From an uncultured Verrucomicrobiae bacterium (lineage in GTDB: Bacteria; Verrucomicrobiota; Verrucomicrobiia; Chthoniobacterales; Chthoniobacteraceae): a stretch of 64,000 bases of DNA. The position numbers were made by a program, and so were the translations under genes. The notes under the pieces were generated by a model that was given only the letters and a program-made list of their open reading frames with translations, was not told the origin of the DNA and ran no database searches. The stretch is taken from assembly GCA_963836755.1 (NCBI GenBank), contig CAWIKF010000002.1, positions 416,001-480,000 of the forward strand, written 5' to 3'. Positions 20,171 through 29,933 of this stretch are shown in pieces. Each line of letters opens with the position of its first letter. Positions within the stretch are counted from its first letter, which is position 1.

Positions 20171-21124
20171 CTAACGCGCCGGCACCGTGCCCGGCGGCGC
20201 ATCCGACAAACTTTTGAGATAGGCGATGATCTGCATCAGCTGCTCCTCGGTGATCCGATCCTTGAAAGTCGGCATCAAATTTTCGTAGCCGCCGGCGATT
20301 TGCGCGCCGGGCATCAGGATCGAATCGCGCAGATATTTTTCATCCGCAACCACCGTCTGGCCGCCATTTAACGGCACCGGCTTGCCGTAAATTCCCTCAA
20401 GCCGCGGCGCGTGAATTTTTGAATTTTCGCCGTGGCAGCCGCTGCATCCCAGTTGTGTAAACAGCTCTCTGCCTTCCGCGACCACAGGCACATTCCTGTC
20501 ACCGCTCGCCATCCATTGCGCATACGCCGCGGGCTCCATCACTATAATGTGCCCGATCATTCCGGAATGCTGCGTGCCGCAATATTCCGCGCAGAAAAGA
20601 TGATACTCGCCGAGCCGTGTCGCCCTGAACCACTCCGTCGTGTAGCGGCCGGGCACCACATCCTGTTTTACACGAAATGCCGGAACGTAAAACGAGTGAA
20701 TCACGTCCTGCGAAGTCATCATCAATCGCACGTTGGCTCCAAGCGGAATGTGAAGCTCGTTGATCTCGCGCTTACCCTCCGCGTGTTGAAGTTTCCACAT
20801 CCATTGCTTTGCGACCACGTTGACTTCGAGCGCATCGGATGGCGGCTCTTCAAGTTTGAAATAAACCGCTGCGCCCCACGCGAACATTCCCATCGAAATG
20901 AACAGCGGAATGACCGTCCACGAAAGCTCCAGCAGCACGTAACCCGGCGGAGGATTCGTGCGATCTGCGCGCGATCCGCGGCGATATTTGATCGAGAAAA
21001 ACAGCAACGGCACGAAGACGAGCACTGCAAAAAATGCGGTGATTGCAGTGAGACCAAAAAAAAGAAAATCGACCTGCCGCGCGCCCGTCGAAGCCTGATC
21101 GGGAAAAATATGGAATGTCCACAT
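20171..21124 (-). CDS. coxB: Cytochrome c oxidase subunit II, caa3-type
   Basis: KQWMW, DVIHSF, CAEYCGTQHSGM (CuA site), C-terminal CSGCH. Confidence 0.95.
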   Translation of the reverse strand: MWTFHIFPDQASTGARQVDFLFFGLTAITAFFAVLVFVPLLFFSIKYRRGSRADRTNPPPGYVLLELSWTVIPLFISMGMFAWGAAVYFKLEEPPSDALEVNVVAKQWMWKLQHAEGKREINELHIPLGANVRLMMTSQDVIHSFYVPAFRVKQDVVPGRYTTEWFRATRLGEYHLFCAEYCGTQHSGMIGHIIVMEPAAYAQWMASGDRNVPVVAEGRELFTQLGCSGCHGENSKIHAPRLEGIYGKPVPLNGGQTVVADEKYLRDSILMPGAQIAGGYENLMPTFKDRITEEQLMQIIAYLKSLSDAPPGTVPAR

Positions 21125-21126
21125 GG

Positions 21127-21924
21127 CTATGTGGCGAGCCGGCGCGCGCGCTCGCGGCGGATGGCAAAAGTAATGAATGCGACGAGGGCAAAAAAAGTCG
21201 CGGCTCCGCATAAACGCAGGACATTCAGGATCGCGATTCCATATTTTCCGGTGATTGGATTGTAGTGAAAACAGAGCAGGACCAATTGGTCGATGGGTGA
21301 GCCGATGTGCCGCGCGGAAGCTTGTGTCAGCGCCAGCCGCAAATCATTCGGCGGAAAGTTGACGCCGAAAAAGTAGCGCGAGATTTTTCCTTCCGGCGTC
21401 GCGATGACGATCCCGCTGGAATGCGCATACTGCTTCGTCGCCGGATCGTAAACGTAATGAAACCCGATCGCGTCTGAAAGCTGCCGGATCGACGCGGCAT
21501 CGCCGGTCAGGAAATGCCAGCCGTCGCTCGCGCCCGGGCGACCGTAGCGTTTGATGTAAGTGTTTTTTTTCGCGTTCGCTTCAGCCGGCGTTTCGTGAGG
21601 ATCGATACTGAAATGCACGACGGTGAAGTCGCGCCCGACATCGAGTTTCAAGTCGAGCAGACTTTCGATCAACCCGTTTGCGACGACTGTGCAGAGCATC
21701 GGGCAGCCGTAGTATCCCGGCACGATCACGACCGGTTTTTTTCCGAAATAATCGCCGAGCCTGATGTGCGCGCCGCTCTCATCGACGAACTTGGCATCCA
21801 GCGGCAGCGGGTGATTCAGTTCCTGATCGAAGCGCACCTTGAGCAAATCCGTCTCGGCAAAAGCCGCGGCCACAAATGCGAAGGCGAAGCCGAAAAGGGA
21901 AAGTTTACGGAGTGCGGTTTTCAT
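21127..21924 (-). CDS. SCO1/SenC family protein
   Basis: YYGCPMLC, SIDP, WHFLTG, QYAH. Confidence 0.9.
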   Translation of the reverse strand: MKTALRKLSLFGFAFAFVAAAFAETDLLKVRFDQELNHPLPLDAKFVDESGAHIRLGDYFGKKPVVIVPGYYGCPMLCTVVANGLIESLLDLKLDVGRDFTVVHFSIDPHETPAEANAKKNTYIKRYGRPGASDGWHFLTGDAASIRQLSDAIGFHYVYDPATKQYAHSSGIVIATPEGKISRYFFGVNFPPNDLRLALTQASARHIGSPIDQLVLLCFHYNPITGKYGIAILNVLRLCGAATFFALVAFITFAIRRERARRLAT

Positions 21925-22333
21925 TTTGTGACGGAACGTTTTGCATGAATTGCAAAGGCGTCATTCCCTGGCCGACATCCGGCAGCCCGCGCTGGCTCAG
22001 GAGCTCGATCGCGCGTTCGATGGGCAAACGCACGACGCCTTTTTGCCGATCGATCCATCCGTAGGAATTCAGCTCGCGCTCTTCGCGCTCGCGCATTTTT
22101 TGCAGATCTTCCGTTGGCGCGACCTGCAGGCTGGGCTGCGGAAAGTTGCTGCGCGCATGCGCGATTTCCGGCAGCGGCCGATCGACCGCTGCGCGATGGA
22201 CGACAAATGCGTGAAAAATTCCTTCGGTCACGAGCAACGTGATGAACACAGAGAGAACGAGCAAAGCGGCGAGCCAAAAAAGGACACCGACATTCGCGTC
22301 GCGCTTTTCGTTTTTCGGGCGGTCGTCGTTCAT
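21905..22333 (-). CDS. Single-TM protein of the ACIII operon (ActG-like position)
   Basis: One TM, PQPSLQ, LNSYGWID...VVRLPIERAIELL; ATGA overlap with actF. Confidence 0.7.
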   Translation of the reverse strand: MNDDRPKNEKRDANVGVLFWLAALLVLSVFITLLVTEGIFHAFVVHRAAVDRPLPEIAHARSNFPQPSLQVAPTEDLQKMREREERELNSYGWIDRQKGVVRLPIERAIELLSQRGLPDVGQGMTPLQFMQNVPSQNENRTP

Positions 22334-23448
22334 GACATGCGCGGGTCGTTGAGCGGGATAAGCGGATGAGCTGCAAGTTTGTTGGCAAACGTCGCGAGCC
22401 AAAGTCCGCCGATGCCGATGAATAGAGTGATGTCCATCCACTGCATATGGATTCCCGGGATGTGGATCGATGGCGCGACGAGCCAGTAAACATCGATGGC
22501 GTGCGCGACTAGGACGAGCCCCGCGATGACCGCGAGCCACTGGATGCGCCGTTTCGTCTGGCGCGAAAGGAGCAGCGCGAACGGCACCGCGAAATGAAAC
22601 AGGCCGAGCGCCAGCGCGACGCCTTTCCACCCGACACTGCTGCGGTGCAAATACCAGGAAATTTCGTCCGGTAGATTGCCGCTCCAGATGACCAGGAATT
22701 GCGAGAACGACATGTATGCCCACAGCATCACAAACGCGAGCAGCAGGTTGCCGAGGTCCAGAAAATGCGCCGGCGTGAGGACGTCAGCGAATGCAGATTT
22801 GCGCGCGTTTAACGCGAGCAAAACAATGGCAAACGCGAGCGCCGCAAGCGTCTGGCCGACGATGATGAGAATCGGGAAGATGGTCGAATACCAGTCCGGC
22901 TCCAGCGCAAGCACGAAATCGACATACGCAAACGTCGCGAGCAAAACGTAGATGATCAGGCCGGGCGCGCTGATCCTGCGCAAGCGGCGAGTCGGCGCGG
23001 GATCGGAGGTCGCATCCTGCGCGAAGGAGCCGCGCCGCAGCGCGCGCGCGAGCAGGACCCAGCATGCAAAGTAAACGGCGACGCGGATGATGAAAAACGG
23101 AAGGTTTAAGTATGCATGACGATGTTCCAGCACGTCGCTCGCTGCAACAGCGGCCGGTCGTGCCCAGCCATAGAGGACTCGCAACCCGAAAAAAAGCGGC
23201 ACGACCAGCAGCGCCATCAGCGGCAGCGTCGCGAGCCCCGCCTCGAAAAAACGCCGGGTGATGAAACCCCAGCGGCCGCCAACGAGATGATTGAGCATCA
23301 GCAAACCGAAACAGCCGAGCGCGATTCCGAGCCAGAAAAGATAGCCGAAAAAGTAGGATGCAAAGAATTGCGAGCTGTTGAAAAATGCACCGATGAGGCT
23401 TACGAGCAGCGCTGCGATGCCGATGTATAAAGGCGTCGCGCGGTTCAT
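22330..23448 (-). CDS. actF: Alternative complex III subunit ActF
   Basis: Polytopic membrane protein with WYSTIF, DLGNLLLAF, WAYMSFSQFLVIWSGNLPDE. Confidence 0.9.
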   Translation of the reverse strand: MNRATPLYIGIAALLVSLIGAFFNSSQFFASYFFGYLFWLGIALGCFGLLMLNHLVGGRWGFITRRFFEAGLATLPLMALLVVPLFFGLRVLYGWARPAAVAASDVLEHRHAYLNLPFFIIRVAVYFACWVLLARALRRGSFAQDATSDPAPTRRLRRISAPGLIIYVLLATFAYVDFVLALEPDWYSTIFPILIIVGQTLAALAFAIVLLALNARKSAFADVLTPAHFLDLGNLLLAFVMLWAYMSFSQFLVIWSGNLPDEISWYLHRSSVGWKGVALALGLFHFAVPFALLLSRQTKRRIQWLAVIAGLVLVAHAIDVYWLVAPSIHIPGIHMQWMDITLFIGIGGLWLATFANKLAAHPLIPLNDPRMS

Positions 23449-24014
23449 GGCATCTTCGCATCGAGTTGCGCGCGCTCCTGTTGCGGCACGTCATTGATTG
23501 TGCCGCCGCGAGCCAATTGCAGCGCGCGAATGTAAGCGGCAATTGCCCAGCGGTCGGGTGGTTCGACGCGCGCGGCGTAGGAATACATTGCACCGTAGCC
23601 GTTCGTGATGACGTCGTAAAAATGGCCGATCGGCGCGTTGCGGAGGCGCGGCTCGTGAAACGATGGCGGTTTTGGAAACCCGCGCTGCACGATCATTCCA
23701 TTCCCGCTGCCGGTGCGGTCGTGACAGACCGCGCAGAAAATATCGAATCGCTCTCGACCGCGCTGAATCAGCTCAGCATTAAACGCGACCGGAAGTGCAG
23801 TTACGTAGGTTCCGTCTGCATTATTTCCAGTCGCCGCGGCGTTGAGCTGCAAGGCTTCGCGAGCGACGGTGTGAGGCGGGAGCGGTTGCGCAGATTGGCC
23901 GTTTGGCAAAACGTCGCTTTGCGACAGCGGCTTATTTTTTGGCTGATTATACATATCCTGCCGGCAGCCGCTGAACAGCACGAGCACGAGAAGGAATCGC
24001 GCGCGCGCCTTCAT
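23445..24014 (-). CDS. actE: ACIII monoheme cytochrome c lipoprotein ActE
   Basis: Lipobox FSGC, RQDMYNQPK, CAVCH, DRWAIAAYIRALQ. Confidence 0.92.
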   Translation of the reverse strand: MKARARFLLVLVLFSGCRQDMYNQPKNKPLSQSDVLPNGQSAQPLPPHTVAREALQLNAAATGNNADGTYVTALPVAFNAELIQRGRERFDIFCAVCHDRTGSGNGMIVQRGFPKPPSFHEPRLRNAPIGHFYDVITNGYGAMYSYAARVEPPDRWAIAAYIRALQLARGGTINDVPQQERAQLDAKMP

Positions 24015-24556
24015 TCCGCGGGCACCTCCGAGATTTCCTTTGCATGTTGCGCGCGCAAAAAATCGGTCACGGAAGCGGTATCAAACTTCGGATCGCTCGA
24101 CTCGATGCAGAGAAAAAATTTGTCCGTCGTTGACGCCGCGAAATTCTTCGCCGCGAAAATCGGATGATGCGGCCGCGGCAGTCCGTTCAGCATGAGCATT
24201 CCGCCGATCGCGGCGATGGCCGCGCAGAGGATCGTCAACTCAAACGTAATCGGGATGAACGCGGGCGCGCTGTGAAATGGCCGGCCGCCAACGTTGACCG
24301 GATAGCTGATGACATTCGCATACCACTGCATGAAGTAGCCCCCGATTCCGCCGGTGAGTCCGCCGAGTAGGCAGCAGAGCGGGACGCGATTTTTTTTGAA
24401 ACCAATCGCATCCGCGAGCCCCTCAACAGGGAACGGCGAATACGCATCGAATCGGCGGAAACCGAGCTCGCGCGCCTGTTTCGCCGCGTTTAACAACGAC
24501 TCATGATCGTTAAACTCGGCGATGATTCCGAAAGGCGGCATTTCTGCGCCGTTCAC
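24011..24556 (-). CDS. actD: ACIII subunit ActD (DUF3341)
   Basis: DAYSPFPVEG, NVGGRP, PAFIPITFELTIL; GTG start overlaps the actC stop. Confidence 0.9.
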   Translation of the reverse strand: MNGAEMPPFGIIAEFNDHESLLNAAKQARELGFRRFDAYSPFPVEGLADAIGFKKNRVPLCCLLGGLTGGIGGYFMQWYANVISYPVNVGGRPFHSAPAFIPITFELTILCAAIAAIGGMLMLNGLPRPHHPIFAAKNFAASTTDKFFLCIESSDPKFDTASVTDFLRAQHAKEISEVPAE

Positions 24557-25929
24557 AACTTTCCCTCCTTCCGTTCCGACACGAGCGAACGCACTTCTGC
24601 GATCGAGATCATCGGCAGCAAACGCACGAACAAAAATACGAGTGCGACGAACAAACCCACCGTTCCAAAGAACGTCGCGTAATCCCATTTCGTCCCGCCA
24701 TACATCCCCCACGCGGACGGCATGAAATCGCGGTGCAGGCTCGTGACGACGATCACATAACGCTCCAGCCACATGCCGATATTCACCACGATCGAGACGA
24801 TCCAGAGAATGACCATGTTCCTCCGCACGGCCCGCAGCCACAGGATTTGAGGGATCACGAGGTTGCAGGAAATGAGCACCCAAAAAGTTGTCGCATACGG
24901 TCCCGTCATGCGATTCCACATCATGTAAGCGTCAAATTTATTTCCGCTGAACCACGCCATGAAACCTTCCATGATGTAGCCATAGGCGACCATCCAGCCT
25001 GTCGCCAACATGATGTTCGCCATGTTGTTGATGTGGCGCTGGGTGATGAGATTTTCCATGCGATAAACGCGCCGCAGCGGGATCACGAGAGTGAGCACCA
25101 TCGCGAACCCGGAATAAATCGCGCCGGCGACGAAGTAGGGTGGAAAAATCGTCGAGTGCCAGCCGGGCACGATGCCGACGGCGAAATCGAGCGAGACGAC
25201 GCTATGCACGGATACGACCAGCGGCGTCGCGAGACCTGCAAGCAGCATATAGGCGGATTCGTAGCGCGCCCAATGTTTTGCCGAACCGCGCCAGCCGAGC
25301 GCGAGGATGCCGAAAACGACCTGTTTCCAGTGTTTATCGGAGCGGTCCCGCAGTGTCGCGACATCGGGAAGCAAACCCGCATACCAAAAAATGAGCGAGA
25401 CGATGAAATACGTGCTCACCGCGAAAACATCCCAGACCAGTGGACTCCGAAATTGCGGCCAGACGCCCATCGTGTCGGGATAGGGAATCAGCCAGAAGAA
25501 AACCCAGGGCCGGCCGAGATGCAGCAGCGGAAAAACTCCCGCGCACGCGACTGCGAAAAGCGTCATCGCCTCAGCGAAGCGATTGATCGAAGTGCGCCAT
25601 TTTTGATGCATGAGCAGCAGGAACGCTGAGATCAAGGTTCCCGCGTGGCCGATGCCGATCCACCAGACGAAATTTACAATCGCGAAGCCCCACGCGATCG
25701 GAATATTGATCCCCCAAATGCCGACGCCTTTGAAGAAAAGCCAGCCGATGGCGACCGTCAAAATCATCACGAACAGGAAGGCGATCCCGAAACCGACATA
25801 CCAGAACCGCGGCACTTTTTGCTCGAGCACCACCGAGCCGATCTGCTCCGTCACCGATTCATACGTATCGGTTTTTCCGATCAATTTCGTCGGATAGCCG
25901 AGAACCGAGATTTCCTCCGGAGGATTCAT
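24553..25929 (-). CDS. actC: ACIII quinol-binding subunit ActC (NrfD family)
   Basis: NFVWWIGIGHAGTLIS, QFRSPLVWDVFAV, GWHSTIFPPYFVAGAI. Confidence 0.95.
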   Translation of the reverse strand: MNPPEEISVLGYPTKLIGKTDTYESVTEQIGSVVLEQKVPRFWYVGFGIAFLFVMILTVAIGWLFFKGVGIWGINIPIAWGFAIVNFVWWIGIGHAGTLISAFLLLMHQKWRTSINRFAEAMTLFAVACAGVFPLLHLGRPWVFFWLIPYPDTMGVWPQFRSPLVWDVFAVSTYFIVSLIFWYAGLLPDVATLRDRSDKHWKQVVFGILALGWRGSAKHWARYESAYMLLAGLATPLVVSVHSVVSLDFAVGIVPGWHSTIFPPYFVAGAIYSGFAMVLTLVIPLRRVYRMENLITQRHINNMANIMLATGWMVAYGYIMEGFMAWFSGNKFDAYMMWNRMTGPYATTFWVLISCNLVIPQILWLRAVRRNMVILWIVSIVVNIGMWLERYVIVVTSLHRDFMPSAWGMYGGTKWDYATFFGTVGLFVALVFLFVRLLPMISIAEVRSLVSERKEGKL

Positions 25930-28820
25930 GGATTCAGGATTCGCGCGAGATAAGTCGTTCGCGGCCGCGTGTTGAGTTCTGAAAGCATCGCGTAATTCAG
26001 CGGCGAAGATTTGAGTCTCGCGACGCGGCTTCGGGGATCATTGATGTCGCCAAAAATGATGGCTTCCGCGGGACACGCCTCCGCGCACGCGGGAGTGATT
26101 TCGCCGTCGCGAATCGGCCGGCTTTCTTCCTCGGCAGTGATCCGCGCGGCCTCGATTCGCTGCGTGCAATACGTGCATTTTTCCATCACGCCACGGCTGC
26201 GCACCGTGACCTCGGGATTGCGCTGCAATTTCAAAACAGGCGCGCTTTCAAACTCGCCGGCATCGTATGCGAGAAAATTGAAGCGCCGAACTTTGTATGG
26301 ACAGTTATTTGAACAATAGCGTGTCCCGATACAACGGTTGTAAACCTGCACATTCAGCCCCTCGCTGTCGTGCACAGTCGCACCGACTGGACAAACGAGC
26401 TCGCACGGCGCGTTCTCGCAGTGCATGCACGGCACGGGCTGGAAATACGTGCGCGGATTTTCCACGGCGCCTTCGTAATAGCGGTCGATCCGAATCCAAT
26501 GCATCTCGCGCCCGCGCGCGACTTCGCCTTTGCCCACGACCGGGATGTTGTTCTCCGCGACGCACGCGATCACGCACGCGTTGCAGCCGATGCACGTGCT
26601 GAGATCGATCGCCATTCCCCACGCGTAATTTTTGTAAGGATGATCCTGCGGGCGATAAAGCGTCTCATCCTCCGGCGGCACATGCGTCAGCTCGCGGATC
26701 ATTTTCGGATCCTTCAGAAAGTCGTTGCGCGCCGCGACGCGCAGCAGATGTCGGCCCTCGATGCTTTGATGATGCTGCGTCACCACGAGCTTCATGGCGC
26801 GCCCTACTTTTCGCACAGCGGCGCCGCGCGCGTGCCAGAGAGCGTCCGATGTGCGGAGCGCAAACGCGTTGAAGCCGACGCCATTTCCGACGCGGCCCGC
26901 CGCCGTCCGTCCATAGCCGAAATGCAGAGTGAGCGCGCCATCGGCGTGGCCCGGTTGGATCAAAATCGGGGCTTCGATTGAATACTCGCGCTGCTTGATC
27001 TCCACCACGTCGCCTTCGTGCAAATCAAGCTGCTGTGCGGTCTGCGGGCTGATGAGCGCCGCGTTGTCCCAAGTCAATTTCGTCAGCGGACGCGGCAATT
27101 CCTGCAGCCAAGCGTTGTTGCAAAAACGTCCATCATAAACTGCGGGATCTTCGCGAAAAATTAACTCCATCCCCTCCGAAACTTTTTGCGGAACCGGCAG
27201 ATTTGTTTGTGCAACCAACGTCACATTTTTCGGCGGTGACGCCGTATTCGGAACGATTCCTTCCTGCACCGTCGCGTGCCATTTCACATCGTCGAAGCCT
27301 TGACGATTCCAGTAATCGCGCACGATTTCGTAGCTCGAGGCATTCACAGTTCCCAACGCGGCGGCGAAAAATTCATGCGCATTTTTCGAATCATAAAGCG
27401 GCGCAATCAGCGGCTGCATGATTGACGCCGTGCCGTCAAAAGCGCGCGCGTCGCTCCACGCCTCGAGCGCGTGCGGCTCGGGCACATGCCATTGGCATTG
27501 CGCCGCAGTTTCGTTCGCGTGCGTCCCGAGATGCATGCGCCAGGGAACGCGTTCCAGCGCCTGCCCAAATGCAAAATCGGCCGGCGCGTCAAAGACGGGA
27601 TTTCCGCCGAGAATAAACAACGCAGCGACGCGGCCTGCGCTCATGTCTGCCGTCAGCTCGCGGAGCGACTGCAGCTGATTTCCCGGCTCAGGTTCACTGG
27701 ACGTTGTGTAGACAATTGTTTGACCCACGTTGCCAAGGGCAGCGTTGATGCGCTGAGCAATCGCGTGCACTTCCGGCGGTTGCTCCACGCCTGCGATCAC
27801 GATCGATGCGCCGCGATGTGCCGCCAAAGTTTGCGCCGCACTCTCAAGCCATGCGGCGTCGGGAATCGACGCGGGCTGCGAAGAAGTGACACCGAGCTTC
27901 GCGGCCAGCGCTTCCGCGAGCGCGCGAACGCCGTCTGGCGACACTGCGGCACGATGGTCGGCCATCGCGCCCGTGATCGTCGGCGTCGCCTCCGCGACAT
28001 AAAGCCGATTCATTTTTTCCACGCCGGTGACGGCGCGGCGGCCTTTCACAAAATCGCGCACGTAACGCAATTGCCCCGGGCCTTCTCCCAAAAAGTTTGC
28101 GGCGAGCGAAACGACCACTGCGGCCTTATCGAAATGGTAAATTGTTTCGACGATTTCCCCGAAAGCCAGCCGCGCGCCTTCGCGAACATTGTCGCGATTG
28201 ATTGGCTCCCATTGATGCCATTTCGCAGCCGGATACTTCGTCAAAAATGCACGCAGTTGCTCGTGCAAAGTCGGCGACGTCAATGTTTGCGTCAGAATCC
28301 GAATGCCCGCGCCGCCGCTCTGCTGCTGGTTTCGCAGCACATCGTCGAGTGCCGACAGAAAATTTTCCCACGTGCTGATCGCGCCGCCTTCGAGCACGTT
28401 TTGCGAGCGGTCGGGATCATACAGATCGAGAATTGCGGCCTGCATGAAAACGTCCGTTGAGCCGAGATTTGCCGGATGGCGCGGATTCCCTTCGATCTTC
28501 GTGGGACGCCCTTCGTTGCTTTCGACAATCACGCCGCGCGCGTAGCCGCCGAGCGTGAGCGCGCTCGCAAAGTGCAACGGTTTCCCCGGCACAACTTCCG
28601 GTGGCTGCTTCACATACGGGACGATTTTTTCCAGGGGCTGCTTCGTGCATGCGCCGAGGCCGGCGAGCGCTAAGGATGCGCCCATCAATTTTAAAAAATG
28701 TCGCCGGCTGACTTCATCCGTCCACTCGGACGCGAGCGGAGGGAACTCGCGATGCAGCCAGGCGCGGAACTCAGCCGTGTCCGCGCGCTCCTCGAGACTT
28801 CGCCAAAGTTGTTCGTTCAT
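25926..28820 (-). CDS. actB: ACIII subunit ActB (TAT-exported molybdopterin-oxidoreductase-like domain plus Fe-S domain)
   Basis: WRSLEE, SRRHFLK, GRPTKIEGNP, CIGCNAC, CMHCENAPC, CIGTRYCSNNCP. Confidence 0.95.
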   Translation of the reverse strand: MNEQLWRSLEERADTAEFRAWLHREFPPLASEWTDEVSRRHFLKLMGASLALAGLGACTKQPLEKIVPYVKQPPEVVPGKPLHFASALTLGGYARGVIVESNEGRPTKIEGNPRHPANLGSTDVFMQAAILDLYDPDRSQNVLEGGAISTWENFLSALDDVLRNQQQSGGAGIRILTQTLTSPTLHEQLRAFLTKYPAAKWHQWEPINRDNVREGARLAFGEIVETIYHFDKAAVVVSLAANFLGEGPGQLRYVRDFVKGRRAVTGVEKMNRLYVAEATPTITGAMADHRAAVSPDGVRALAEALAAKLGVTSSQPASIPDAAWLESAAQTLAAHRGASIVIAGVEQPPEVHAIAQRINAALGNVGQTIVYTTSSEPEPGNQLQSLRELTADMSAGRVAALFILGGNPVFDAPADFAFGQALERVPWRMHLGTHANETAAQCQWHVPEPHALEAWSDARAFDGTASIMQPLIAPLYDSKNAHEFFAAALGTVNASSYEIVRDYWNRQGFDDVKWHATVQEGIVPNTASPPKNVTLVAQTNLPVPQKVSEGMELIFREDPAVYDGRFCNNAWLQELPRPLTKLTWDNAALISPQTAQQLDLHEGDVVEIKQREYSIEAPILIQPGHADGALTLHFGYGRTAAGRVGNGVGFNAFALRTSDALWHARGAAVRKVGRAMKLVVTQHHQSIEGRHLLRVAARNDFLKDPKMIRELTHVPPEDETLYRPQDHPYKNYAWGMAIDLSTCIGCNACVIACVAENNIPVVGKGEVARGREMHWIRIDRYYEGAVENPRTYFQPVPCMHCENAPCELVCPVGATVHDSEGLNVQVYNRCIGTRYCSNNCPYKVRRFNFLAYDAGEFESAPVLKLQRNPEVTVRSRGVMEKCTYCTQRIEAARITAEEESRPIRDGEITPACAEACPAEAIIFGDINDPRSRVARLKSSPLNYAMLSELNTRPRTTYLARILNP

Positions 28821-29473
28821 CGGTGGCATGCGGAGCAGTCGGTGAGGTGATTTGTGAGGATGTGGTTCGTGACGAGAAGGCGCGCACCGCGCTGCTTTTG
28901 ATCCGGCGGCGGCTGCCAATGCATGTTTAACACTTCGCTTTTCTCGCGCAGAAAATTCTGCGGCTGGCGGTGGCAATCGATGCACCATTTCATGTAAAGC
29001 GATCCCGTTTTCCACGTGAGCGGCATCTGATCGACCTGGCCGTGACACGTGCTGCAGCCGATTCCTTTTTGCACGTGGATGCTGTGGTTGAAATAGACAA
29101 AATCGGGCAGGTCGTTGACGCGATTCCAGCGCAGCGGAATATTTCCGCGCATGCTCGCGCGGACGGGCTCGAGGATCGGAGCGTCGCGCCAGATCTGCGA
29201 ATGACACGTCATGCACGTGTCGGTCGGCGGCACTCCGGCGAAATGCGATGTCTCAACGCCTGTGTGACAATAGCGGCAATCGATGCCGAGCCCGTCGACG
29301 TGATGCCGATGGCTGAACGGCACCGGCTGCGTGAGCGGCACGCCCGCCATCGTCATGTAAGGCGACCAAAACGTGGCGTAGCTGAGCCAGCCGAGGCCGG
29401 CGAAAAAAACCGGCACGAGCACGAGAATGACGCGTGCGACGGTATTGGCCGAGCGGGAAAAAATTTGCGGCAT
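28817..29473 (-). CDS. actA: ACIII pentaheme cytochrome c ActA
   Basis: Five CxxCH motifs (CRYCH, CMTCH, CSTCH, CIDCH, CSACH), QPVPFSH, LPDFVYFNH. Confidence 0.95.
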   Translation of the reverse strand: MPQIFSRSANTVARVILVLVPVFFAGLGWLSYATFWSPYMTMAGVPLTQPVPFSHRHHVDGLGIDCRYCHTGVETSHFAGVPPTDTCMTCHSQIWRDAPILEPVRASMRGNIPLRWNRVNDLPDFVYFNHSIHVQKGIGCSTCHGQVDQMPLTWKTGSLYMKWCIDCHRQPQNFLREKSEVLNMHWQPPPDQKQRGARLLVTNHILTNHLTDCSACHR

Positions 29474-29500
29474 GACCGGTCTCTCACGCGGTCACGGCCA

Positions 29501-29854
29501 TCACTCGCGCAGCCAGGTTTGCGCAGCGGCGAGCTGGGCGGAATCGAAATATTTCACCTCGGCATCCACGAACGCGCCGGAAAGTTTACTCACCCATTCT
29601 TCCCATTTTTGCTCCCCGACCATCGCGACTTTTTCCATCTGCTCAGAATGACTGAGCGAAAATTTCAAGTCATTCCACGCCGCGACCGGCTCCCATCCGT
29701 GGAAATCGCGCATGTCAAAACCGAGGCGCATTTTGCCATGCTCGGTGATGATTTTTTCCCACTTCGTGATCAGCCCCGCGTAATCCTCCTTCGTCAATTT
29801 ATCGCTGACGAGCACCCAGATGACGTTGCCTTCGGTGGAGATCACTTCTTGCAT
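29501..29854 (-). CDS. SpoIIAA-like (STAS/SEC14) protein
   Basis: KLTKEDY, DFHGWEPVAAWNDLKF, KVAMVGEQKWEEW, VKYFD. Confidence 0.85.
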   Translation of the reverse strand: MQEVISTEGNVIWVLVSDKLTKEDYAGLITKWEKIITEHGKMRLGFDMRDFHGWEPVAAWNDLKFSLSHSEQMEKVAMVGEQKWEEWVSKLSGAFVDAEVKYFDSAQLAAAQTWLRE

Positions 29855-29933
29855 AACCAAAGTTTTATTTTTGTTCGCGCCCGGAGCCAAGGACGCGTGC
29901 AATTTTTTTTTGACCGCAGCGACGTCAAAACTT

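Noticed and set aside
28821..29216. N-terminal extensions of ActB (likewise ActD, the ActG-like protein and the 56544-57794 ORF)
   Set aside because: They overlap neighbouring real genes and are open-frame artefacts of high GC content.
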